Origin: a virus
Taxonomy: Duplodnaviria; Caudoviricetes
IMG/VR virus record: IMGVR_UViG_3300020045_003736
Span: 1 to 27,706 of that record
Direction: 5' to 3' (one strand)
DNA: 27,706 nt
Positions within the stretch are counted from its first letter, which is position 1; each line of letters opens with the position of its first letter. Position numbers and translations under genes: made by a program. This document shows, piece by piece, positions 15,111 through 24,574 of this stretch. Below the pieces are notes generated by a model. It saw only the letters and a list, made by a program, of their open reading frames with translations, was not told the DNA's origin and ran no database searches.

Positions 15111-16460
15111 ATGAACAGATTTAAACAATTTCTACTTACTAAAGGCATTTCAGACGATGCCTTTAACAAGCTGGATGCCGCCGACCAGGCAAAACTACAC
15201 GGCGAGTTTATAGAAAAAATTGCCGATAGCGCTGATGGCGCTGCCAAAACATCTGATATTGCCGAAGCAGTAAAAGAAGCTACTAAAGACCTTCCCACTA
15301 AGGAGGAGCTTAAAGCCCTAACGGATAAAAACGAAGAGCTTAAAGGCATCGTTGACAAACAGGGCGAAAAGATTGTTGAGATGAGCAAAGGCACAGGTTC
15401 AGCAGCTAAACAGGACATCATGGATGTGTTTAAAGAGCAGTATGATGCCGCTGAAAAAGACGGCGATTACTCTGTTAAACAAAAGCTTACCATCGACGTA
15501 TCTAAAGTAACAGTTTCTACCGATGTACTTACGGCCGGCGTTGTAAGCTCTGGTACTTTACCTGCTGGTGGTGGCACACGGGCTATAGACGGCAGCATAG
15601 CTGTGCTTAACGCTCAGAACTTAGGATTTGCATCGTACCGTAAACCATACTCGCAAATCATGGAGGTGGTAGACGTAATGCCGCTAACTGGAGAAAACTT
15701 ATTGGTAGTTAACGAGACAGTAACAGGCGATGCAGCTATTACCGCTGAGGGCGCACTTAAGCCAATTGTTAAGGTAGTTTATTCTACACAAACAAGCGTG
15801 GCTTCTTTTGTAGCTGCTGAATATGCCACAACTACACAACTAAGGAAATTTTATCCAACTATTGCAAACAGGATGCAGGCTAAAATTGCCGAGCTTGTTA
15901 TGGATAAAACCCCCGCTTCAGTACTGGCAGCAGTTGTTGCAGGTGGTACAGCCTTTACAGCTAACGCAGCACTTGCCATTAATACTGACCCTAACAACTA
16001 TGATGCTCTTGGTGCAGCTATTGCCCAGCTTCAAAAATTAGGCTTCTTACCAAACGCTATCATCCTAAGCCCGGAGGCTTGGTATGCTATGGTACACACA
16101 AAAGCAGAGGACGGACACTATTCTGTGTGGAATGGTAACGCAATTAGCCTTGTGGGGGATATAGGGCTTAACTACCAAGGCAGGCTTATACGCTGGGTTA
16201 TTGACCCTACTATTGCCGCTGACAGGTTTATTGTAGGCGACCTTCTACAAGCCGTTAAAGTAGGTTTGGATAACGAACTTATGTATTTTGAGACAGATGG
16301 CCGTACAGACGGTGTTTCTACTGTAGCCTCAGGTCTTTCACGCAACATACGTACTCACGTGCTTGAGCGTGCTGTAGCAACCCTTATACCTACGCCTACA
16401 GCTATCGGTATTATATCAGACACTTTTGCAAACGTAAAAACACTAATAACAGCAGAGTAA
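15111..16460 (+). CDS. major capsid protein (HK97 fold, N-terminal scaffold/delta domain)
   Basis: 449 aa; coiled-coil N-term; A.ITAEGA.KP, PNAI.LSP..W, KAEDGHY, FIVGD. Confidence 0.88.
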   Translation: MNRFKQFLLTKGISDDAFNKLDAADQAKLHGEFIEKIADSADGAAKTSDIAEAVKEATKDLPTKEELKALTDKNEELKGIVDKQGEKIVEMSKGTGSAAKQDIMDVFKEQYDAAEKDGDYSVKQKLTIDVSKVTVSTDVLTAGVVSSGTLPAGGGTRAIDGSIAVLNAQNLGFASYRKPYSQIMEVVDVMPLTGENLLVVNETVTGDAAITAEGALKPIVKVVYSTQTSVASFVAAEYATTTQLRKFYPTIANRMQAKIAELVMDKTPASVLAAVVAGGTAFTANAALAINTDPNNYDALGAAIAQLQKLGFLPNAIILSPEAWYAMVHTKAEDGHYSVWNGNAISLVGDIGLNYQGRLIRWVIDPTIAADRFIVGDLLQAVKVGLDNELMYFETDGRTDGVSTVASGLSRNIRTHVLERAVATLIPTPTAIGIISDTFANVKTLITAE

Positions 16461-16462
16461 TC

Positions 16463-16726
16463 ATGGCTAAAGAACAAGAAAAAACAGAAGTTATCGGCAA
16501 AAATGAAGCTGCCGGTGTTACACAAGCTTATTTTAAGGAGCAGGCGGCAAAAACGATAGAAAACAGGAAAAAGGGAGGAGAAGATGTTAAGATAAGCCTA
16601 ACCAACAAAACAGCGGTTAGGTTTGTAAAAGACTTCGGTAAACACCTAAAAGAGGGCGATGAGATGGAAATTTCTGACATGGCCTTAGCTGTTTATGAGA
16701 AAGCCGGCGTAATCGAAAAAATATAA
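16463..16726 (+). CDS. small head-associated protein
   Basis: 87 aa directly after the capsid gene; K.GD..E.....A....K.G motif. Confidence 0.65.
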   Translation: MAKEQEKTEVIGKNEAAGVTQAYFKEQAAKTIENRKKGGEDVKISLTNKTAVRFVKDFGKHLKEGDEMEISDMALAVYEKAGVIEKI

Positions 16727-16729
16727 CAA

Positions 16730-17308
16730 ATGATAATTGATACTTCATACTTCATTAATAACCCTCTGCAAATACCTAATGCGGTTGTACAGCCTGCCAT
16801 TGGCACGAATACACCCAACAATTTAGAGAAGTTGCAAACGGCTATTAGTAACATGGAGTATCAATTTCTTTTAAACGCTTTAGGTAAAGTTCAGACAACG
16901 GAACTATTGGCACAGTTTGAAAGTGATGGTGCATGGATAGTTGACCCCATACAAAAATGGGTTGACTTGGTTGATGGCAAGGATGACTGGTTAGGGCTTA
17001 GGGATAGCACTCGTAAAACAAGCTTAATCGCTAATTACGTTTACTACAACTTTTTGCTTAACGACCAGGTTTATTACAGCATAACAGGATTGCAACGCCC
17101 TGATGCAGCAAACTCAAATGCGGTAAATCCTGACACCAAACTAACAAGGGAGTGGAATATATTTTTATTCCACTATCAGGGTTATTACATAGGCTGTAAC
17201 CCAACGCCAAAAACCTTTAGCATGTATAATTACATGGCTGCTAATACTGACCTTTACGATTCGACTTACTTCAGCATTTATGAATATCTAAATGCCTGGG
17301 GTATATGA
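16730..17308 (+). CDS. putative head-tail adaptor
   Basis: MIID.SYF...L.IPN, E..FL..ALG, S.IANYVYY; synteny. Confidence 0.65.
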   Translation: MIIDTSYFINNPLQIPNAVVQPAIGTNTPNNLEKLQTAISNMEYQFLLNALGKVQTTELLAQFESDGAWIVDPIQKWVDLVDGKDDWLGLRDSTRKTSLIANYVYYNFLLNDQVYYSITGLQRPDAANSNAVNPDTKLTREWNIFLFHYQGYYIGCNPTPKTFSMYNYMAANTDLYDSTYFSIYEYLNAWGI

Positions 17309-17787
17309 TAGTAGTAGAGGAATGTTTGATGCAACTGTTTAACACCTTTATACCTGAGGCGAAGTACCATTTTGGAGACGATAAAGAGGCTAATGCTTTT
17401 ATAAAAGGAAGTAACGGCAACTCTTACCCACTTATCTATCAAACCTCAAACAATTGGAGAGATGGTGTTAACAAGCGGTTTATTGAAACTGATTTGGTTT
17501 TTATTTTAGCGGTTAGGAACGAGCATACCGATATGTACAATACTAACAGGTGGGCAACAAGCTACAGAAATGTGCTACTGCCATTGTACGAGAAGGTAAA
17601 GGCTATTTTTACCCAGTCTAAGATAATACTTTCGGCTACCGATTACGAAGTTACCAACCATCCTAATTACAGCGAGGTTGAAACTACAAAAGCTAAAAAC
17701 AAATTTATTGACATAATAGATGCGTTGGAGGTTAGAGTTACATTAAAAATTACTAATGGGTGCATTGACACCTTCATAAAACTTTAA
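17305..17787 (+). CDS. putative tail terminator / head-tail joining protein
   Basis: 160 aa with YPLIY, immediately before the tail tube gene. Confidence 0.6.
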   Translation: MIVVEECLMQLFNTFIPEAKYHFGDDKEANAFIKGSNGNSYPLIYQTSNNWRDGVNKRFIETDLVFILAVRNEHTDMYNTNRWATSYRNVLLPLYEKVKAIFTQSKIILSATDYEVTNHPNYSEVETTKAKNKFIDIIDALEVRVTLKITNGCIDTFIKL

Positions 17788-17792
17788 AAATT

Positions 17793-18734
17793 ATGCCACA
17801 AATAAACGCATTGAATTGCAACAAGACTTTCTTAGGTCTTGGCTTTGGCTCATGTGAGATATTCACAAAGGCATTAACGGGGTTTATCCTGGTTCCTAAA
17901 GGTTGGAGCATAAGCGCTACTGCCCTGAACACGTTTACACTTGCGGATGCCATTGAATTGGTTCAGCGTACTACATGGGATATCGCCCTAAACGCTGATG
18001 ATTTTACTCAAAATACACCCGAGCCTACTACGAAGGACTATACGGGAGGTAAAAAAGCAGTTATTAGGAACGGACTTCCTGAGTACTCATTTGAGTTTAA
18101 CAACGGTATAGGCTTCCATAAGGCGGCTTACAGCAAAAACTCATTTAGGAGATATGATGTTTTACTTCTTGACGATGGTGGTAATATTATAGGGGCATCA
18201 AGCGTTGATGGACTAAGCTTTACTGGATTCCCTATTACAATGTTTAATACAAGGACTTACCAGCAAGTACAAGGCGATAATACCGCCGCTACAATTGTTG
18301 ATTTCCAAATTGCCGATGAGGAAATGTTTAACTCACAAATGACTGTATTGACCAAGGACAACTTAGGATTCAACATCAACCAACAGGTTAACGCCATACA
18401 GTCTGTAACAATAACAGTAGTTGGCACACCTGAGGCAGGCGACCCTATTGTTGTTAACGTAAACACATACGGAAACAGCATTACAGGTATTGAAAGCCTA
18501 ACAACTGCCCAATTCATGCTTGTGAACAACACAACAGGTGCAGAAGCACCCGCAACCGTTGCGGCTGTTACAGGTTTCCCCGGTCGTTACTCGCTAACGC
18601 CTACCACACCAACCACATCAGGACAAACGTATGTTGTTTATATGTACGATAGCGCACTTGATGTGTACACCGCTATACTTGATGACGATTTGCTTTACAA
18701 AGGAGCAAGCAATATCATCACGGTCTCAGCGTGA
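17793..18734 (+). CDS. major tail (tube) protein with a C-terminal Ig-like region
   Basis: N-term C...G.G.C, ILVPKG; Thr/Val-rich beta C-terminus; synteny. Confidence 0.75.
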   Translation: MPQINALNCNKTFLGLGFGSCEIFTKALTGFILVPKGWSISATALNTFTLADAIELVQRTTWDIALNADDFTQNTPEPTTKDYTGGKKAVIRNGLPEYSFEFNNGIGFHKAAYSKNSFRRYDVLLLDDGGNIIGASSVDGLSFTGFPITMFNTRTYQQVQGDNTAATIVDFQIADEEMFNSQMTVLTKDNLGFNINQQVNAIQSVTITVVGTPEAGDPIVVNVNTYGNSITGIESLTTAQFMLVNNTTGAEAPATVAAVTGFPGRYSLTPTTPTTSGQTYVVYMYDSALDVYTAILDDDLLYKGASNIITVSA

Positions 18735-18737
18735 ATA

Positions 18738-18779
18738 ATGCAAATATTTGAGTATCAATTTGAAACGCAATTTGAATAA
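18738..18779 (+). other. in-frame peptide MQIFEYQFETQFE after the tail-gene UGA (readthrough extension or mini-ORF)
   Basis: GCG TGA ATA ATG CAA ATA TTT GAG TAT CAA TTT GAA ACG CAA TTT GAA TAA, same frame as 17793..18734. Confidence 0.55.
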
Positions 18780-18782
18780 ATT

Positions 18783-19739
18783 ATGCCAACAAGTATAGAA
18801 ATAAAAAATAATGTTGACGAGCAGATAATTGAGCAAACAGCAGCGCAATCTATTACCCGCGAGAACGTAGGCAATATACTTAAAAGTATGGTTGACTATA
18901 CTGATCAGGAAACGGATGCAATATTACAAAACAGCATGGCGCCTACCATATTCAAGGCGCCTACTGTTACTGCTGTTAACACGGCGATTGCTGCGGCTCT
19001 TGTGGGTGTATATCAACAAGCGGGTTCATGGGATGCGTCTGGTGGCACATTTCCGACTGTCGGCACTGGTGGAGGTGGCTCAGTACAATCGGGAGACGTG
19101 TACAGGGTGTCTGTTGCTGGTACTCTTGGAGGTGTTGCCTATAGTGTAGACAACACTTTTTATGCCATTGTAGATAATCCGGGGCAAACGGCAGGAAACT
19201 GGGATAGGTGGCAATACGACCCATCACAAGCGACCGAGACAACGGCGGGAACAGCAAGGATAGCCACAAGCGAGGAGGCTATAGAGGCCGATAGCGATGA
19301 GCTTATGATGACACCTGTTAAGACTAAGCTGCTTGTTAACGACCTGATTGATGAATTGCCTACTGTTGGGGAGGTGCAAGACCTTATAGAACAGGATGGT
19401 TATTCGCCGCCTTACACTTCATTTGTTTTTAGAGCAACACAGTCGGGAACTTCAGCCCCAACAGTAACCACTATTTACAACAACACAGGTATAACACCTA
19501 ATATTGGATATGCCGCAGTAGGAGCTATTGGTATTATACTTACTGGCTATGCTGGTGTTGTTGATGAAAAGGTGCAGGTTACTGTTTCGCCAAAAACATC
19601 TACATCAAAAAGGCTAATACCTTTTGTTAGTGTAAATGGTTCTGGAGTAATAACGATAAGGACTTACAACCTTGCTAATGCAGCCTACGAGAATGATATG
19701 TTACTAAATACTCAAATAGAGCTTAAAATTTATAACTAA
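18783..19739 (+). CDS. tail fibre / decoration-like structural protein
   Basis: N-term I.EQ.....IT..NVG.IL..MVDY; GSWDAS module; T4 fibre-type repeat QATETTAGTARIAT.EE......MTP.K. Confidence 0.65.
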   Translation: MPTSIEIKNNVDEQIIEQTAAQSITRENVGNILKSMVDYTDQETDAILQNSMAPTIFKAPTVTAVNTAIAAALVGVYQQAGSWDASGGTFPTVGTGGGGSVQSGDVYRVSVAGTLGGVAYSVDNTFYAIVDNPGQTAGNWDRWQYDPSQATETTAGTARIATSEEAIEADSDELMMTPVKTKLLVNDLIDELPTVGEVQDLIEQDGYSPPYTSFVFRATQSGTSAPTVTTIYNNTGITPNIGYAAVGAIGIILTGYAGVVDEKVQVTVSPKTSTSKRLIPFVSVNGSGVITIRTYNLANAAYENDMLLNTQIELKIYN

Positions 19740-19740
19740 C

Positions 19741-20040
19741 ATGAGCAAATCAAAACAAATAGGCGGCTTAAGTTTAAGCCATGAGGCGTACGAAAAATTT
19801 GTATCTTTGGATAAGTCCGAGCAGGTAAGGCAGGTAGCGGAAACGCTAAGCCCAATAAGCGAAAGAAGGGCTACCAAACTACTAACACACGTACCACATG
19901 GCGATATCGGCAGCGGAAATGATAAGAAGGCTGAAAAAGTCGATACCACAGACGGAAGAGCAAGTGCGGAGGATAATAATGCGAGACCCGAATCTGCTGA
20001 AGGAAAAAGTAAACGAGTACAAAAAGGGCGAAAATCCTGA
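19741..20040 (+). CDS. hypothetical tail-region protein (possible assembly chaperone)
   Basis: 99 aa; the last 143 nt overlap the next ORF. Confidence 0.55.
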   Translation: MSKSKQIGGLSLSHEAYEKFVSLDKSEQVRQVAETLSPISERRATKLLTHVPHGDIGSGNDKKAEKVDTTDGRASAEDNNARPESAEGKSKRVQKGRKS

Positions 20041-20341
20041 CGGCAGTATAATAGGCTATTACCATAGCACTAATTACAGATTATTTAAGCAACAACTTAA
20101 CCCCCTTGCTGGTGGCACAGTCGATTTAATATTGACAGGTGGCTACACACGGGGGTTGTTTGTTGAAAGTTATGGCAACGGACGGTTTTTATTCGATAGC
20201 CACGACGATAAAACGCCTGATTTGGTGGGCAAATACGGACTTCAAATATTAGGTATAAATCAAAACGAATGGTTAAGACTGCAAAAAGAGGTTTACGCAC
20301 CGTTGCTAATAAAGCAGAAAAAGAGAGACTTAGGTATATAG
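19898..20341 (+). CDS. putative tail completion / neck protein
   Basis: G.NPDG..IG.Y, V.L..TG.Y, L..KYG..ILG. Confidence 0.65.
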   Translation: MAISAAEMIRRLKKSIPQTEEQVRRIIMRDPNLLKEKVNEYKKGENPDGSIIGYYHSTNYRLFKQQLNPLAGGTVDLILTGGYTRGLFVESYGNGRFLFDSHDDKTPDLVGKYGLQILGINQNEWLRLQKEVYAPLLIKQKKRDLGI

Positions 20342-20886
20342 ATTGCAATATACCGGCTAAGCTATTCTTTCATATACTGTCAACCGAGGATTATACGCTT
20401 TGCGATGAGGCAGACTTTGACAATATATTTGATGAGTACTTTTTGTTGAAGCCTAATAAGCGGCTAATAAACTGGATGCGAAAAAAAGCAAAGGTAAACT
20501 ACCTTACAGCGGTAAAAGAAGGCATAAGGGCTACACTAATGCAGATATATTACGTGCCTATGCCGCCTGAATTGCTTGTTAAAACCATAGAAATACTAAA
20601 CAATTACGACGAGGTTAAGCCTAAATTTAATCTTAGTAAGGGGTTGGAAGTAGAGGTACAGCGAATTCAAAACAGCGTACTTGGCATCCTTCAAAACCGT
20701 ATTAATATGGAGACTGAGGATAAGCAAAAGAAAACCGAGGAAGTGAAAAACAGCTTTTACCGTGAAAAGATACTTTTAGGCAGGGCTGTAGGGGTGGAAA
20801 TTAAGGAAGACATTACAATGTACGAGTGGATTGAAATGGTTAACATAGCTGAGGAAGAACAAAAACAACGCAAAAATGGCAAGTAA
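20269..20886 (+). CDS. pre-tape-measure protein (tail assembly chaperone-like); start uncertain
   Basis: IPAK.FF, F..IFDEY, C-term I...ITMYEW; directly before the tape measure gene. Confidence 0.6.
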   Translation: MVKTAKRGLRTVANKAEKERLRYIDCNIPAKLFFHILSTEDYTLCDEADFDNIFDEYFLLKPNKRLINWMRKKAKVNYLTAVKEGIRATLMQIYYVPMPPELLVKTIEILNNYDEVKPKFNLSKGLEVEVQRIQNSVLGILQNRINMETEDKQKKTEEVKNSFYREKILLGRAVGVEIKEDITMYEWIEMVNIAEEEQKQRKNGK

Positions 20887-23800
20887 CAATGAGTTTATAG
20901 AATACGTAAGTAAGGATGCCAACGCGCAACTCCTTGAAAGCGTTAACCTTTTAGAGCGTGTAAATTCACAGATAAAAGCTATTAATGCCACCCCTATAAA
21001 GCTGCCAAGCCAGGCTAAGGCTAATGGTCAACAATCAGCATCCGCTATAAATCAAACCAACACCGCTATAAGGCAACAGGAGCAGCTTACAATACGTTTA
21101 GCAGCTGCCCGAACTAAAGATGCCATTGAGATAGCAAAGCAGCGTATACAGCTTGCGGAGTTAACGAAAGAAAATAAGAAACAGGCGCAGGAGGTACTTG
21201 GGGTTATAGATGCGTATGGTAGGCTCAATAATGAGCTAAATACAACACGAGCTCAAGCAAAGGCTGTAGCTGCTGATATGTTTATTTTAGAGCAGGCAGG
21301 AGATACAACCTCTGATACCTACAATAAACTTTCCGGTACTTACGCAAACCTATCAGGGAGGGTTAACTTGCTCGATACAGGTTTAAAAAAAATAGATTCA
21401 GGTTTAGGCCAATCACAAAGACATGTAGGGGACTATGCCCGGGGATGGAACGGACTTGGAAACGCCATAAACCAATTAACCCGTGAGGCTCCTGCCTTTG
21501 CTGTATCGCTTAACACAGGGTTTTTGGCAATATCAAACAACTTACCTATACTTTTCGATGAGATAAGCAATCTAACAAAAGCAAATAAAGAATTGGCTGC
21601 GCAAGGAAAGCCTACTAATAGTGTGTTAAAAGCTTTAGCTGGATCGTTATTTAGTTTGCAAACCGCTCTTAGTGTTGGAGTAACATTGCTAACTCTTTAC
21701 GGTAAAGAGTTAGTGAATTGGGCATCAAGTTTATTTTCGGTTAAGACAAACATTGATCAAGTTGTAGAGAGTCAGGTTAAGCTTTCGGATGCACAATCAA
21801 AGTCCGCCGCAGCAATTCGATCAACAGCGGAAGAGCTAAAGGGTCTTTTTTATGTTACCACAGACCCTCTTGGTAACATAGATGCAAGAAATGAATCTTT
21901 GAAACAATTGAGGGCTACATATTATTACTTTCTTAAGGACTTTACAGACACTGAAATATTGGCTGGAAAGGCAAATACAGCTATAGAGAAAATTAACGCC
22001 TCAATTGCTGCTCAAAGCAGATTAAGAGGCTTAGAGGGCTATAAAGATGAGACGGTTCAAAGGATAGAGGATATAAACAAGGAGTTAGAGGTTAGGGTGG
22101 ATTTCAATAGAGAAGCTCAAAAGCTTAATCAGGAATACCAAAAGATAGCTGCGGATAATTATAAAAAGTTACAGGCTGGCACACGAACTGAGACTGATGG
22201 TAAAAGACAGGAGGAAGCCTTAAAAGCCGTTCAGACAATTTACAAAGAACGAGACGCGCGCGTTGCATTGCTTAAAACGAAAAATGATGATGTTTTGGCC
22301 ACATGGACTGAAATAGATTTGGCTAATGAAATTATAAGATTAAATGAAACTGCACTAACCACAAATAAAGATATTCAAAAAGATAGAGAGTTAGCTTTAT
22401 TGCTGGATATAAAAGAAGATAAGGCAGCTAAAGAACAAAAAATACAAACTGAAAACCTTGCCGATGTAGAGTCATCACTATACGCTGCCCGGGTAAAGAA
22501 CTTAGAGACCTTAGCCGCTATAAACGATAATATTCTAACTAATGAAGAGCAAAACTTTAGTGATAGGGCTGCTGCGAGTGAGAGATACTATGACATTCAA
22601 AGCGAATTAGCCGAAATGGCATATAACGAAACTGTAAGGCTCGCTAATTTACAAACCAAAGAAGAGATTGCGCAGATAGAGAAACGGGCTAAGGATGGCG
22701 AGATAAGCCAAAAGAACGCCAACCAAGTTATATACAGCCTGCAACAAAAACTAAATGCCGACACGCTTGTGGCTAAAGAGGACTGGGCATCTAAAAACTT
22801 TGAGATTGACTTAGCGTTACAGAATAGCCTTAAGGGTGTTTACAACCAAATATCAGACCAGGGCAGGCAAAACTTACTTGATGAAAAGGCGTTAGCAGAT
22901 TTAAGGGAACTATCAAGGCTTTACCAAAACGTAGATGGTAACACTACTGTTGAGCAGTTCCAAAAGTTAGAGAAAACCGCTAAGAAATTAGAAGAGGAAG
23001 GACTGGAAAGGGAGCGTGAAAGCCTGCGTATTGACTTGCAGCGTGTCCAGTCTGAAATGGAGCGCATAAGGCTACAAGAAGGCTTTACTGAAAACAATGA
23101 GGCATACAACAAGCTAAAAGAGCAGGAGCTTGGATTACAAACCAAGATAGAGGAAAGCACATTAAGGGAGGCACAGGCTAAGGCAGCCATACAGGAGCAA
23201 CTGGTTAAAGCTACTAACGACTACCTTAAGGCTATAAGTGATAGCACCCTAAGTGATTTTGGTTTAGGTGCACTAAACAACCTGTTAGCTATAGATGAGC
23301 AGGGCAAGTCTACCTTTGAGAAACTATTAGAAGGCGCTGAGACATTCGGTGCTAAATTCGCGGTTGCTTTTAACGCTATAACGGAAGTAGCACAAGAGGC
23401 GTTTGCGTTCTTACAACAAAATCAGGATAAGTATTACGATGCCCGTTTTGCGGACTTAAAAAGGCAGTACGAAATTGATACAGCCTTTGCAGGAGATAGT
23501 GCAGACGCTAAAGCAGAGATAGACAGGCAATATGAGGAACAACAAAGGGCGTTACGTATACAACAAGCTAAAGCGCAAAAAGAAACCGCTATATTCAACG
23601 CTGTTATAAATACAGCACAGGGCATTACAGCCGCTTTGGCATCTTTTCCGCCTAATCCTATACTTGCAGCTGTTATCGCCGCCGTTGGTGCCGCACAGAT
23701 AGCTACAATAAGCTCACAGCCATTACCTGCTTATGCTGAGGGTACAGATTACCACATGGGAGGTAAAGCGATAGTAGGGGATGGTGGGCGACCTGAGGTT

Positions 23801-24121
23801 ATACAGCTACCAAGCGGAAGGCGTATGATTACACCTAGCGTTAGTACTGTTGTAGATTTGCCGCGTGGCTCTAAAGTATACCCCGATATTGCTGCTGCTG
23901 GTTTATTAGATAGCCGTTTACCAGGCGTTCCTGTTAATGGGGATGGTGGGCAGGTACTAGATGCCTTAAATAAGATATACGGTGCTGTTAACGGTTCATC
24001 TTACCACGTTAATATTGATAAGGCAGGCGTTAGCAGCTGGGCATCATCAGGGCATAACCGTAAGGTAGACCATAGTAATAGGGTGTCGTTTAAAGGCACG
24101 GTAATTGGCAGGAAAGGATAA
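20876..24121 (+). CDS. tape measure protein
   Basis: 1081 aa, Ala/Glu/Gln/Lys-rich helical; QR.VG.Y, QLTREAP, C-term GAAQIA.I.SQP.P.YA.GT...G.A.VGDGG..E. Confidence 0.9.
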   Translation: MASNNEFIEYVSKDANAQLLESVNLLERVNSQIKAINATPIKLPSQAKANGQQSASAINQTNTAIRQQEQLTIRLAAARTKDAIEIAKQRIQLAELTKENKKQAQEVLGVIDAYGRLNNELNTTRAQAKAVAADMFILEQAGDTTSDTYNKLSGTYANLSGRVNLLDTGLKKIDSGLGQSQRHVGDYARGWNGLGNAINQLTREAPAFAVSLNTGFLAISNNLPILFDEISNLTKANKELAAQGKPTNSVLKALAGSLFSLQTALSVGVTLLTLYGKELVNWASSLFSVKTNIDQVVESQVKLSDAQSKSAAAIRSTAEELKGLFYVTTDPLGNIDARNESLKQLRATYYYFLKDFTDTEILAGKANTAIEKINASIAAQSRLRGLEGYKDETVQRIEDINKELEVRVDFNREAQKLNQEYQKIAADNYKKLQAGTRTETDGKRQEEALKAVQTIYKERDARVALLKTKNDDVLATWTEIDLANEIIRLNETALTTNKDIQKDRELALLLDIKEDKAAKEQKIQTENLADVESSLYAARVKNLETLAAINDNILTNEEQNFSDRAAASERYYDIQSELAEMAYNETVRLANLQTKEEIAQIEKRAKDGEISQKNANQVIYSLQQKLNADTLVAKEDWASKNFEIDLALQNSLKGVYNQISDQGRQNLLDEKALADLRELSRLYQNVDGNTTVEQFQKLEKTAKKLEEEGLERERESLRIDLQRVQSEMERIRLQEGFTENNEAYNKLKEQELGLQTKIEESTLREAQAKAAIQEQLVKATNDYLKAISDSTLSDFGLGALNNLLAIDEQGKSTFEKLLEGAETFGAKFAVAFNAITEVAQEAFAFLQQNQDKYYDARFADLKRQYEIDTAFAGDSADAKAEIDRQYEEQQRALRIQQAKAQKETAIFNAVINTAQGITAALASFPPNPILAAVIAAVGAAQIATISSQPLPAYAEGTDYHMGGKAIVGDGGRPEVIQLPSGRRMITPSVSTVVDLPRGSKVYPDIAAAGLLDSRLPGVPVNGDGGQVLDALNKIYGAVNGSSYHVNIDKAGVSSWASSGHNRKVDHSNRVSFKGTVIGRKG

Positions 24122-24149
24122 AAAAAGCCCCAACCTTACGGAAGGGGCT
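24121..24149 (-). terminator. intrinsic terminator for the minus-strand block
   Basis: Minus strand reads AGCCCC-TTCCGTAAGGTT-GGGGCT followed by a T-run. Confidence 0.8.
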
Positions 24150-24210
24150 ACGCCATAATCTCTAAAATTATAGCAAATATAACATCTACTTTTACAAATA
24201 TATTGAATTT

Positions 24211-24573
24211 TTATTTTGTTTCAATAAGAGTATCTACAAGTTTATATATTATATCTTTATTTTTATTTGACAAAAATCCATTATCAAAATATTTGCCTGT
24301 CCAGTCATAAATACCAATGCCATAAGACAAAGGACGGTTAAAAGGAATAGGTTTGTATTTAACCATATTAATACGGTAATCATTTACAGTTATTTGTAAA
24401 TGAATTTCAGTATCAAAAATATGTTTAATATATATAAAATCATTAGACAAAAGGCCGAATTTTATTTTATTATTTTCTTTACGCCTTTTAATTAAAAAAA
24501 AAATATATTTATGCCACAAGCATGTTGTCGTAAAAAAAAACACCGAAATAATTATTGTCAAGGGAATATACAT
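24211..24573 (-). CDS. very AT-rich hypothetical membrane protein
   Basis: 120 aa with a hydrophobic N-term; starts 2 nt after the upstream stop; T9 and T10 runs on the coding strand. Confidence 0.55.
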   Translation of the reverse strand: MYIPLTIIISVFFFTTTCLWHKYIFFLIKRRKENNKIKFGLLSNDFIYIKHIFDTEIHLQITVNDYRINMVKYKPIPFNRPLSYGIGIYDWTGKYFDNGFLSNKNKDIIYKLVDTLIETK

Positions 24574-24574
24574 T

